From assembly GCA_964393375.1 (NCBI GenBank), contig CAYMTM010000003.1, forward strand, positions 1-53,854: a stretch of 53,854 nt of DNA, written 5' to 3'. The translations under genes were made by a program, and so were the position numbers. The notes beneath the pieces were generated by a model. The model did no database searches and was not told the origin of the DNA. It saw only the letters and a list, made by a program, of their open reading frames with translations. Shown here piece by piece: positions 35,343-44,191 of this stretch (the first letter of the stretch is position 1; each line of letters begins with the position of its first letter). The stretch is from an uncultured Rhodospirillaceae bacterium (GTDB lineage: Bacteria; Pseudomonadota; Alphaproteobacteria; JAEULC01).

Positions 35343-36230
35343 TCAGGCAGCGTACCACTTCGTGTCTTCGTAGAACGGGCCGGGCCGCTCGCGCAGCTGC
35401 TCGTACTTGCAGATCGCGGGCTCGGGGCCGAGCGGCACGGGCTGGCCGTCGCGGAAGGCCCATTCGCCGCGCTCGCTGTCCTCGGCCTTCACGAAGCCCG
35501 AGATGGCGAAGGCGCGGTCCCTGGCCGAGCGGTTGGCGTCCGAGCCGTGCACGGTCAACAGGCCCCAGATCGCCAGGTCGCCCGGCTCCAGCTCGACGTC
35601 GACGATGTCCTTGAGGTCGAGGCCGGCGCGCTTCAATTCCTCGTCCTGCGTCGCGCCCTTCATTAGCGGCCCGTCGTCCGACAGGCCAAGATAGCCCTTC
35701 CGATGGCTCCCCTTGATGACGCGCAGGCAGCCGTTCGCGCGCGTCGCCGGGTCGATGGCAAGGCCGGTGTTGATCCAGCTCGTCATGATCTTCTCGAAAT
35801 TCGCGTCGCGCTCGCGGAAGCGCAGGTCCTGGTGGAAGCGATAGCCGGTCAGCCCGGCGCCGGGCGGCTTCCAGTGGATCTGCTGGGCCGGCTGCTTGAT
35901 GTTGCGGCCAAGCAGGGGCTCCAGCGCCATCAGGTAGCGCGGGTCGCGGCGCAGCCTCTCGAACAGCGGACTGATCCAGGCCATCCAGTGCGCCTGCAGC
36001 ACGTAGCGCCTGCCGGCGAAGGCCTCGGGCAGGATCTCGTAGTAGACGTTGCGGTCGCGGTAGCTGGCATGGTGCTTCAGCCCCTCCGCGTAGATGCGCT
36101 GCGTCTCGGCCTGGATCTCCGCCATCTCCACCCTGGTGAACAGGCCGCGCAGGATGGCGTAACCGTGCTCCCAGTAGTGGTCGGCGTAGTCCTTGCTCTC
36201 CGCGGCGAGGTTGAGGGCCATGGCGTTCAT
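35343..36230 (-). CDS. phytanoyl-CoA dioxygenase (PhyH) family Fe(II)/2OG oxygenase
   Basis: Start at MNAMALN within track ORF 35343..36320. WHQD-like HQDLRF and GDLAIWGLLTVHGS motifs. Confidence 0.8.
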   Translation of the reverse strand: MNAMALNLAAESKDYADHYWEHGYAILRGLFTRVEMAEIQAETQRIYAEGLKHHASYRDRNVYYEILPEAFAGRRYVLQAHWMAWISPLFERLRRDPRYLMALEPLLGRNIKQPAQQIHWKPPGAGLTGYRFHQDLRFRERDANFEKIMTSWINTGLAIDPATRANGCLRVIKGSHRKGYLGLSDDGPLMKGATQDEELKRAGLDLKDIVDVELEPGDLAIWGLLTVHGSDANRSARDRAFAISGFVKAEDSERGEWAFRDGQPVPLGPEPAICKYEQLRERPGPFYEDTKWYAA

Positions 36231-36323
36231 CCCGTGCGTTCGGCCGATTCCGCACGATTCTATGTGCGATGCGCAGCCGCCTTTCCATGCGGGCGACATC
36301 GCCGGTTCCCGCAGCGGCAAGGC

Positions 36324-37142
36324 TCAGCGCCCGAAGTCGCGCGGCTTCGGGCCCGCATACGCATGGAGCCAACCCTGCGGCAGCGGGCCCTTGATGCGCT
36401 TGGCCTCGTTCATCTGTTCCCAGGCATGGGCGAGCAGGCCGACCGTGCGCGAGAGCAGGAACAGGCCGCGGCCGAGCGGCGGGGGGAAGCCGAGCTCGCA
36501 GAAGATCACGGCGGTGGCACCGTCGATGTTCATCGGCACCTTGCGCTTCGCGCGTTTCGCCAGTGCCGCCTCGACCTGAAGACCGATGGCGCGGTACCGC
36601 CCCTTCACCGTGCCGGCCTTGGCCGCTTCCTCCACCAGCGCCATCAGGCGCGGCGCGCGCGGATCGACCGGATGGAAACGGTGGCCGAAACCGGGCAGGT
36701 GCTTGGTGTGGGCCTGAAACGCGGCGACTTCGTCGGCCGTCGCGGTTTCGAGCGATTCGCCGCCGTCCAGGCGCGCGGCGATCGCCCGGTAGAGCTCCAT
36801 GGCCTGCTGTCCGGCGCCGCCGTGGACGTCGCCCAGCACGTTGATGCCCGAGCCCAGCGCGTGGTTCAGGTCGTTGCCGCAGGAGATCGCCATCCGCGCG
36901 ATCGCGACCGAGGGCGCCTGCGGCCCGTGGTCGACCGCCGCGACCAGCGCGGATTCCAGCAACGCGGCCTCGGCCTTGGTCGGCAACTCGCCGCGCAGCA
37001 TCAGCCACACCGTCTCGACATAGGAGACGTTGCCGATCAGCTGCTCGATCGGGTAGCCGCGCAACCGGATCACGCCCGGCTTCATGTCGATGATCGACGT
37101 CGTCCACCAGGCTTCCGCCTGGCCGCGCGCGTCGTCGGTCAC
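36324..37142 (-). CDS. citryl-CoA lyase / citrate synthase-like family protein
   Basis: 272 aa. LVAAVDHGPQAPS…GDVHGGAG…GFGHRFH motifs of short citrate-synthase-like proteins. Confidence 0.75.
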   Translation of the reverse strand: MTDDARGQAEAWWTTSIIDMKPGVIRLRGYPIEQLIGNVSYVETVWLMLRGELPTKAEAALLESALVAAVDHGPQAPSVAIARMAISCGNDLNHALGSGINVLGDVHGGAGQQAMELYRAIAARLDGGESLETATADEVAAFQAHTKHLPGFGHRFHPVDPRAPRLMALVEEAAKAGTVKGRYRAIGLQVEAALAKRAKRKVPMNIDGATAVIFCELGFPPPLGRGLFLLSRTVGLLAHAWEQMNEAKRIKGPLPQGWLHAYAGPKPRDFGR

Positions 37143-37146
37143 GACA

Positions 37147-37902
37147 TCAGTCGCGGTAATCCGGCTCTTCGCGATCCAGGAGCGCGATATAGGCCGGCCA
37201 TTCGCGCTGCATCGTGTCTCCGTCCCAGCACCGCGCGGTCTTCTCGCAGACCTCGGGCGAGGGCAAGATCATGCGCGTCGCGTTGCTCGCCGTGGCCTGC
37301 ATGACCATCACCTGCGACTGGCAGCAACGCTCGAGATAGAACAGCCGGACGAACGCCTGGCTGACCGAGGAGCCCACGGTCAGAAGCCCGTGGCTGCGCA
37401 TGATCATGGCGCCGTGCGGGCCCAGATTGCGCACCAGATGCGCGCATTCCTCGAAATCGTCGGCAACGCCCATGAAGTCGTGGTAGCCGATGCGGTTGTA
37501 GAACTGCATCGCCGTCTGGTTCAGCGGCAGCAGGCCGCACTCCATCGCCGATACCGCCATGCCGGCCGGCGTGTGGGTGTGCAGAATCGCGTGCACGTCG
37601 GGCCGCGCCTTGTAGATGGCGCCGTGGATCACCGGCACGGTGCGGTTGATGACGGGCGCGCCCGGCGGCAGGTTGCCGTCGAGGTCGCATTCCACCAGGT
37701 TCGAGGCGTTGACCTGCTGGTAGAGCAGCCGATCGGGCTTGACCAGCATGTGGTCCGGCCTCCCCGGTACGCGGGCGGTGGCGTGGTTGTAGATCAGCTC
37801 GGTCCAGCCGAAGCGCTCGACCAGCCGATGCACCGCCGCCAAGTCCTCGCGCATGCGGCGCTCGGCCGACTTTTCCCCGACGGATTGGATTCGCGCGACC
37901 AT
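37147..37902 (-). CDS. class II aldolase/adducin family protein
   Basis: 251 aa. VIHGAIYKARPDVHAILHTHTPAG and MRSHGLLTVG motifs. Confidence 0.85.
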   Translation of the reverse strand: MVARIQSVGEKSAERRMREDLAAVHRLVERFGWTELIYNHATARVPGRPDHMLVKPDRLLYQQVNASNLVECDLDGNLPPGAPVINRTVPVIHGAIYKARPDVHAILHTHTPAGMAVSAMECGLLPLNQTAMQFYNRIGYHDFMGVADDFEECAHLVRNLGPHGAMIMRSHGLLTVGSSVSQAFVRLFYLERCCQSQVMVMQATASNATRMILPSPEVCEKTARCWDGDTMQREWPAYIALLDREEPDYRD

Positions 37903-38060
37903 GGCCGGATCTCTCCTCGTGCGATGCAGGCGACACTAGGAACGGCGCGGCGCGTGGTCAAGCGACCTGCCCGATGCCGTCCCATGCGGTCGGCGCATGC
38001 AAATCGAAGGCCGCTGCGATCCGGCGCATGGCCGCTATGCTCAGGCGAGGGCGGCAGGCG

Positions 38061-38684
38061 TCAGGCGGCGCGGCGGCGGCCCGTCAATCCGACGGCGGCC
38101 AATCCCGCCAGCAACAATCCGACTGCCGCAGGCGCGGGGACGTCGAAGACGTTCGGCGGGCCGACGACGATCGTCTCCAGGACGCCGATGATCGCCCCGC
38201 GGTCATAATAGAATTGGGTCGAACTGGCCTGCGACGGATCGGGCGGCGATGCCGGCAGGTCGTCCGAGCTCAGCAGGGTTTGGCTGGTGTCCTGCAGGGT
38301 CAGGCTGAAGATCGATCCGACATTCACGCCATAGTTGTCGATGCCGAAGCGGTCGTTCAAGGTGTAGATGGCGCCGAACCCCGTGCTGTCGAAGGTGGTG
38401 AGCACGCTGAAGCCGCCGATCTGGAACCCGGCGGGCGTGGTCTGCGGATAGATACCGACATGCGGGCCGCTGCCGTCGGGGATCGGCGGCGGTTCCTCGA
38501 AGGCGTCGGCGACGGCGTTATCGAACGTGTAGAAGCCGGCAATGGCGTCGCCGGGCGATACGCCCGCCACGCTGGAGAAAGTTACCGTCCCGGTGAACTG
38601 GTAGGTGACCAGCGCGGCCTCGGCGGCCGCAGCGGCGAAAATCCAAGCGCTGACGGAGAATGCTGCGGCGGCGATCCTGCCCAT
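38061..38684 (-). CDS. secreted protein with PEP-CTERM-like sorting tail
   Basis: GGAGAGGGAG SD. Signal peptide MGRIAAAAFSVSAWIFAAAAAEA. C-terminus VPAPAAVGLLLAGLAAVGLTGRRRAA. Confidence 0.65.
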   Translation of the reverse strand: MGRIAAAAFSVSAWIFAAAAAEAALVTYQFTGTVTFSSVAGVSPGDAIAGFYTFDNAVADAFEEPPPIPDGSGPHVGIYPQTTPAGFQIGGFSVLTTFDSTGFGAIYTLNDRFGIDNYGVNVGSIFSLTLQDTSQTLLSSDDLPASPPDPSQASSTQFYYDRGAIIGVLETIVVGPPNVFDVPAPAAVGLLLAGLAAVGLTGRRRAA

Positions 38685-38811
38685 GACTCCCTCTCCTGGC
38701 ATCGGCATCGCAAGAACAGCACCGTATTATGCTAACGGTTGCAGGCAGGCGCAAGCGGGTCGATCAGGTACGCGAGATTATTCGCGCGCCGTTGCATATG
38801 GGCGACGGCGT

Positions 38812-39582
38812 CTAGAACAGGCTGCCTTGTGCCGGCCCGGCGCCTTTCGCTTTGGGCGCGGGGCGCATGGCCGAACCTGCGCCGCTCGCCGGCGCCGGCG
38901 GATCACTCGCGACCGGCGCGATCAGGCTGGGATCGTCGTTGCGCACCGCGTTGACCCGGGTCGAGATCGGGATCGCGGTGAGCGCATCGTCGGGCGCCGG
39001 CTTGAGCAACGCTTCCGCGTCCTTGTTCTTCGGATCCAGCCAGGCCGCGTAGTTGCCCGGGTCGAGGATCACCGGCATGCGGTGATGGATCGGCATCAGG
39101 GTCTTGTTGGCGTCGGTGGTGATGATGGTGAAAGTCTCCAGGACCTGCCCGCCGTCCCGCCAATGCTCCCACAGCCCGGCGAAGGCGAAAGTCGCCTTGT
39201 CGGCGCGCGCGATCAGATAGGGCTGCTTCGGCTTGCCCGGCCGGGGCTTGCCGGGCAGGCCGGCCTGCCACTCGTAGAACCCGTCGGCCGGCACCAGGCA
39301 GCGGCGCTGGCGGAAGGCGGCACGGAAGGAGGGCTTGGTCGCGACCGTGTCGGCCCGCGCGTTGATCAGCTTGGCACCGATCGTCGCGTCCTTGGCCCAG
39401 GACGGAACCAGGCCCCAGCGCAACATCGCCAATGCCCGCCCGCCCGCCTGGTCGAGGCGCACGACAGGCGTTTCCTGGGTCGGCGCGATATTGTACCGCG
39501 GCGCCAGATTCAGCACGGCCTCGACGGCGAAGATGCGCCGGATGGCCTCGATCGGCGCGGTCAAAAGGAATCGTCCGCACAT
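38812..39582 (-). CDS. SOS response-associated peptidase (SRAP/YedK family)
   Basis: Starts MCGRF. YNIAPTQ and the conserved C-terminal histidine region are present. 256 aa. Confidence 0.9.
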   Translation of the reverse strand: MCGRFLLTAPIEAIRRIFAVEAVLNLAPRYNIAPTQETPVVRLDQAGGRALAMLRWGLVPSWAKDATIGAKLINARADTVATKPSFRAAFRQRRCLVPADGFYEWQAGLPGKPRPGKPKQPYLIARADKATFAFAGLWEHWRDGGQVLETFTIITTDANKTLMPIHHRMPVILDPGNYAAWLDPKNKDAEALLKPAPDDALTAIPISTRVNAVRNDDPSLIAPVASDPPAPASGAGSAMRPAPKAKGAGPAQGSLF

Positions 39583-39592
39583 GGGGGATCGG

Positions 39593-39874
39593 TTAGGCCG
39601 CCTTCTTGACCTTGATCTCGACCTGCAGTCCAGCGGCGGTCAGCATGTTTACCAGCGTATCAATGCTGAACAGATTGATCCTGCCGCGCATCAGGTTGGA
39701 GATACGCGGCTGCGTGACGTGGAACAGTCTTGCGGCCTCCGCCTGGCTGAGCGCAGCGCGCTGAATGTGCTCTTTGAGCGCCATCACTAGCATGGAGCGC
39801 AGGCGCATGTTCTCCGCCTCGGCGGCGGACGGCTCGATGGCATCCCAGACGCTGGCGAAACGTTTCTTGGTCAT
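39593..39874 (-). CDS. XRE-family helix-turn-helix antitoxin (paralogue of 520..861)
   Basis: Start at MTKKRFASVW within track ORF 39593..40381. LSQAEAARLFHVTQPRISNLMRG HTH. 4-nt overlap with the toxin remnant. Confidence 0.8.
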   Translation of the reverse strand: MTKKRFASVWDAIEPSAAEAENMRLRSMLVMALKEHIQRAALSQAEAARLFHVTQPRISNLMRGRINLFSIDTLVNMLTAAGLQVEIKVKKAA

Positions 39875-40211
39875 TGTCTCAACTCCTTGAGCAGGTCGTG
39901 GTAGCGTTGCCTTGCGAGCGCCAAGTCGCTGCGGCCGGTCTTCGGGGTCTTCTTCTGAAAGCAATGCAGGACGAACACCGCCCGGGCAAACCTCGCTAAA
40001 TAGACGAGGCGAAACGCACCCGACGAATCGCGAATCCGAATCTCCCGCACGCCGCTGCCGATGCTCGGCATTGGTTTCCAATCGTCCGGTTCGCGCCCCA
40101 TTGCACGCGGTCCAGCTGATAGCCCGCTTGCTGGCGGGCGGAAGCTGGGAAGGCTCGCAAGTCGACCAATGCGGTGCCGCGAAATTCGATGGGCTTGGCG
40201 CGCGCAAGCAT
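39871..40211 (-). pseudogene. frameshifted Gp49/HigB-like toxin (paralogue of 858..1229)
   Basis: The N-terminal part (MLARAKPIEFRGTALVDLRAF…DRVQWG) is in track ORF 39996..40250. The C-terminal part (REPDDWKPM…FRLVYLARFARAVFVLHCFQKKT…) is in ORF 39871..40101, a different frame. Confidence 0.7.
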
Positions 40212-40407
40212 CGACCCCCCCCTATACATGTTTTTGTATAAACACTCCAACCCGCCGCGTTGCTCCTAAGGCTTCCCGGCGGGCGTCGAGATCGTTTCCA
40301 CCGCCTATCCACTTGCGCAAGCGTGGCGTTTCGGTACCATGCACGATCGTTCCTGTTTTGTTCGACTTGGCGAGCTTTCAAGTCCTAGGTATCGTCGTAA
40401 CCCAAGC

Positions 40408-40423
40408 ACACAAGATGTTGTGC
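40408..40423. promoter_or_regulatory. candidate NrdR box ACACAAGATGTTGTGC
   Basis: 16-nt near-palindrome (CACAA-GATG-TTGTG) resembling the NrdR-box consensus acaCwAtATaTwGtgt, 48 nt upstream of the nrdA ATG. Confidence 0.45.
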
Positions 40424-40470
40424 ACATGTTTGTTATCCACAGGCCGTGGATTTGGGGAAGATGGAGGGGG

Positions 40471-42324
40471 ATGGTGTTTGACGCCGTACAGGTAGAGCGC
40501 GCGCATCGTGTGGATATCGACCGCACGCGCGACAACCGCCTGACCGAGTTTGGCAAGGCCACGCTGTCCGACCGCTATCTGATGCCGGGGGAGAGCTTCC
40601 AAGATCTGTTCGCGCGCGTGGCCTCGCGCTACGGCGACGACCATGCCCATGCGCAACGGCTCTATGACTACATCTCGAACCAGTGGCTGATGCCGGCGAC
40701 GCCGATTCTCTCCAACGGCGGCACCCAGCGCGGCCTGCCGATCTCCTGCTTCCTCAACGAGGCGACCGACAGCCTCGAGGGCATCCTGGGCCTATGGAAC
40801 GAAAACGTTTGGCTGGCGGCGCGCGGCGGCGGCATCGGCAGCTATTGGGGCAATCTGCGCTCGATCGGCGAGAAGGTCGGCGAGAACGGCAAGACCTCGG
40901 GCGTGATTCCCTTCGTGCGGGTGATGGACTCGCTCACCCTCGCGATCAGCCAGGGTTCGCTTAGGCGCGGCAGCGCAGCCGTCTACCTGCCGGTCAGCCA
41001 TCCCGAGATCGAGGAGTTCGTCGAAATCCGCCGTCCCACGGGCGGCGACCCTAACCGCAAGACGCCGAATCTCAACCACGGCATCCTGGTCAGCGACGCC
41101 TTCATGCGCGCGGTCGTGGCCGACGAGGAATGGGCGCTGACCAGCCCGCGCGACGGCCAGGTCATCCGGCGCATCTCGGCCCGCCAGCTTTGGATCCGCA
41201 TCCTGACCGCGAGGGTGGAGACCGGCGAGCCCTATATCGTCTTCATCGACCACGTGAACCGGGCGATGCCCGAACATCACAAGCTGGCCGGGCTCACGGT
41301 CAAGACCTCGAACTTGTGCAGCGAGATCACGCTTCCGACGGGCATCGACCACCTCGGCCAGGACCGCACGGCGGTGTGCTGCCTGTCCTCGCTCAATCTC
41401 GAGACCTTCACGCAATGGCAGGACGATCCGCGATTCATCGAGGACACGCTGCGCTTCCTCGACAACGTGCTGCAGGACTTCATCGACCACGCGCCCGACA
41501 CGATGGCGCGCGCCAAGTACTCGGCGATGCGCGAACGCTCGGTGGGCCTGGGCGTGATGGGCTTCCACTCGTTCCTGCAGATGAAGGGCATCCCGTTCGA
41601 GAGCGCGATGGCCAAGGCGTGGAACATCCGCATGTTCAAGCACATCCGCCGCGCCGCCGACGCCGCCTCGGTCAAGCTGGCGGAAGAGCGGGGGCCGTGC
41701 CCCGACGCCGCCGATACCGGCGTGCTGGCGCGCTTCTCCAACAAGATCGCGATCGCGCCCACCGCCTCGATCTCGATCATCTGCGGCGGCGCCTCGCCGG
41801 GCATCGAGCCCATGGCCGCCAACAGCTTCACGCACAAGACGCTGTCGGGCAGCTTCAACGTGCGCAACAAGTACCTGGCCAGGCTTCTGGACATGAAGGG
41901 CCGCAACGACGAGGACGTGTGGTCCTCGATCACCGTCAACGAGGGCTCGGTGCAGCATCTCGACTTCCTGAACGAGCACGAGAAGATGGTGTTCAAGACG
42001 GCGTTCGAGATCGACCAGCGCTGGCTGGTCGAGCTTGCGGCCGACCGCGCGCCCTTCATCTGCCAGGCGCAGTCCTTAAACCTTTTCCTGCCCGCCAACG
42101 TGCACAAGCGGACCTTGCACCAGCTCCACCTGATGGCCTGGAAGCGCGGCGTGAAGAGCCTCTACTACTGCCGCTCGAAATCGATCCAGCGCGCCGAGGC
42201 GGTCTCGCACGTCGCGCATAGGGGCAAGGCGAACCCGGTCGCCGCGGCGATCGCCGCGACCGACGCCCCGGCGCCGCACCCAGCCATGGCGGTCGACTAC
42301 GACGAGTGTTTGGCCTGCCAATAG
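40471..42324 (+). CDS. nrdA: class I ribonucleoside-diphosphate reductase alpha subunit (no ATP-cone evident)
   Basis: Start at MVFDAVQ (GGAGGGGG SD) within track ORF 40339..42324. SNLCSEI, CCLSSLN and a C-terminal CLAC redox pair. Confidence 0.95.
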   Translation: MVFDAVQVERAHRVDIDRTRDNRLTEFGKATLSDRYLMPGESFQDLFARVASRYGDDHAHAQRLYDYISNQWLMPATPILSNGGTQRGLPISCFLNEATDSLEGILGLWNENVWLAARGGGIGSYWGNLRSIGEKVGENGKTSGVIPFVRVMDSLTLAISQGSLRRGSAAVYLPVSHPEIEEFVEIRRPTGGDPNRKTPNLNHGILVSDAFMRAVVADEEWALTSPRDGQVIRRISARQLWIRILTARVETGEPYIVFIDHVNRAMPEHHKLAGLTVKTSNLCSEITLPTGIDHLGQDRTAVCCLSSLNLETFTQWQDDPRFIEDTLRFLDNVLQDFIDHAPDTMARAKYSAMRERSVGLGVMGFHSFLQMKGIPFESAMAKAWNIRMFKHIRRAADAASVKLAEERGPCPDAADTGVLARFSNKIAIAPTASISIICGGASPGIEPMAANSFTHKTLSGSFNVRNKYLARLLDMKGRNDEDVWSSITVNEGSVQHLDFLNEHEKMVFKTAFEIDQRWLVELAADRAPFICQAQSLNLFLPANVHKRTLHQLHLMAWKRGVKSLYYCRSKSIQRAEAVSHVAHRGKANPVAAAIAATDAPAPHPAMAVDYDECLACQ

Positions 42325-42431
42325 GCAGGAATCAGAGGACCGCGATCAGAGGTCGGCAATCGGCGATCGATGACATGCCGGCGCATCAAGCCCCGATTGC
42401 CGATCACTGATAGCCGATAACCGGAGTCCCT

Positions 42432-43391
42432 ATGTCCCTTCTCCTCGACAACCCCGTCTACAAGCCGTTCCGCTATCCCTGGGCCTACGAGGCGTGGATG
42501 ACGCAGCAGCGCGTCCACTGGCTGCCCGAGGAGGTGCCGCTGGCCGACGACGTGAAGGACTGGCACCGCAAATTGACGCCGGTCGAGCGCAACCTGCTGA
42601 CGCAGATCTTCCGCTTCTTCACCCAGTCCGACGTCGAGGTGAACAACTGCTACATGACGCACTATGCCAAGGTCTTCAAGCCGACCGAGGTGCGCATGAT
42701 GCTGGCGGCCTTCGCCAACATGGAGACGGTGCACATCGCCGCCTACTCGCACCTGCTGGATACCATCGGCATGCCCGAGACCGAGTACTCGGCCTTCCTG
42801 CACTACGCGGAAATGAAGGCCAAGTACGACTACATGAAGCAATTCGGCGTGAACACCAAGCCCGACATCGCCAAGACGCTGGCGGTGTTCGGCGCGTTTA
42901 CCGAGGGGCTGCAGCTCTTCGCCAGCTTCGCGATCCTGCTCAACTTCCCGCGCTTCAACAAGATGAAGGGCATGGGCCAGATCGTGAGCTGGTCGGTGCG
43001 CGACGAGACGCTGCACACCAACTCGATCATCCGGCTGTTCCGCGAGTTCGTCGCCGAGAACCCGGAAATCTGGACCGAGGAGCTGCAGCGCCAGCTCTAC
43101 GTCGCCTGCTCGACCATCGTCGAGCACGAGGATGCGTTCATCGACCTGGCCTTCGAGCTGGGCCCGGTCGAGGGGCTGACCGGGCCGGAGGTGAAATGCT
43201 ATATCCGCTACATCGCCGACCGCCGGCTGATGCAACTCGGCCTGCAGCCGATCTACCGCATCGAGAAGAACCCGCTGCCCTGGCTCGACGACATGCTGAA
43301 CGGCGTCGAGCACACCAATTTCTTCGAGAACCGGGCGACGGAGTATTCCAAGGCCGCGACCGAGGGCACTTGGGAAGAGGCCTTCGACTGA
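42432..43391 (+). CDS. nrdB: class Ia ribonucleotide reductase beta subunit
   Basis: 319 aa. ExxHxxxY (METVHIAAYSH) and second ExxH (RDETLH) diiron/tyrosyl motifs. Confidence 0.95.
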   Translation: MSLLLDNPVYKPFRYPWAYEAWMTQQRVHWLPEEVPLADDVKDWHRKLTPVERNLLTQIFRFFTQSDVEVNNCYMTHYAKVFKPTEVRMMLAAFANMETVHIAAYSHLLDTIGMPETEYSAFLHYAEMKAKYDYMKQFGVNTKPDIAKTLAVFGAFTEGLQLFASFAILLNFPRFNKMKGMGQIVSWSVRDETLHTNSIIRLFREFVAENPEIWTEELQRQLYVACSTIVEHEDAFIDLAFELGPVEGLTGPEVKCYIRYIADRRLMQLGLQPIYRIEKNPLPWLDDMLNGVEHTNFFENRATEYSKAATEGTWEEAFD

Positions 43392-43533
43392 CCGCGGACT
43401 GCGCCCGGCCGGTTCGCCCGGCGGTGGTCCTTCCGGGCGCGGTGCTCCGCGGCGATTGACGCCGCCGGCCGCCGGCCGCAGGCTTTCATCCGCTGGGCTG
43501 CACGTAGCAACCCGGCTGCGTCGGGCCGGGGGC

Positions 43534-44145
43534 ATGGCGCTGCAGGAACACGATCTCGACGCCGATCGCGCGTTGCTGGCGCGGCACGGACAGCGGCTGC
43601 TCGACTTGGCGCGCGCCTCGGTCCTGCACGGGTTCGAATTCGGGCGCCCGCTGCCGGTGGACGTCGTCGCCGAGCCGGCGGAGCTGGCTGCGGTGCGGTC
43701 CTGTCCGGTGGTGCTGCGCCTGCGTTCGGCCATCGGCGGCTTCGATCCGCGCCGGCGCGCCGGCGGGGTCAGGGCCTGGCGCCCGCTGCTGGCGGATGTG
43801 GCGGGCAACGCCTTCGCCGCCGCCTTCGCCGACCGGCGCCACCTGCCGCTCAGGGCCGACGACCGGCACGATCTGCTGGTCACGGTCATGCTGCTGGGCC
43901 CGCCGGTGCCGATCACGCCCGGCGACGCGGCCTCGGTGGGGACGCTTGGTCCGGGTCGCGATGGCGTGCTGGTGGAGTGGCGGGGCGGGTCGATGGCGCT
44001 CTACCCCGAGGCCTGGCCATTCTGTCCGACCCCGGCCGAGTTCGTCGCCGAGGCGATCCGCCGCGCGCTGGCGGCGGGGCTCAAACCCGGCTTCGCGCCG
44101 CGGGTCTACCGCTTTCCAGTGGCGGCGATCGCCGACGGCGACTGA
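43534..44145 (+). CDS. AMMECR1 domain protein (divergent)
   Basis: Start at MALQEHD within track ORF 43456..44145. RPLLADVAGNAFAAAFADRRHLPL and GRDGVLVEWRGGSMALYPEAW match the AMMECR1 layout. Confidence 0.65.
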   Translation: MALQEHDLDADRALLARHGQRLLDLARASVLHGFEFGRPLPVDVVAEPAELAAVRSCPVVLRLRSAIGGFDPRRRAGGVRAWRPLLADVAGNAFAAAFADRRHLPLRADDRHDLLVTVMLLGPPVPITPGDAASVGTLGPGRDGVLVEWRGGSMALYPEAWPFCPTPAEFVAEAIRRALAAGLKPGFAPRVYRFPVAAIADGD

Positions 44146-44191
44146 CGGCCGCCGAGCGGCGCCCGTTGGTCGGCAAGGCGGCTGAAGGAAA

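Noticed and set aside
40435-40451. Second NrdR box
   Set aside because: ATCCAC-AGGCC-GTGGAT is a perfect dyad, but its sequence does not match the AT-rich NrdR core and its spacing from box 1 (about 27-28 nt) is off the usual three turns. I kept it only as a note in the nrdA-leader finding.
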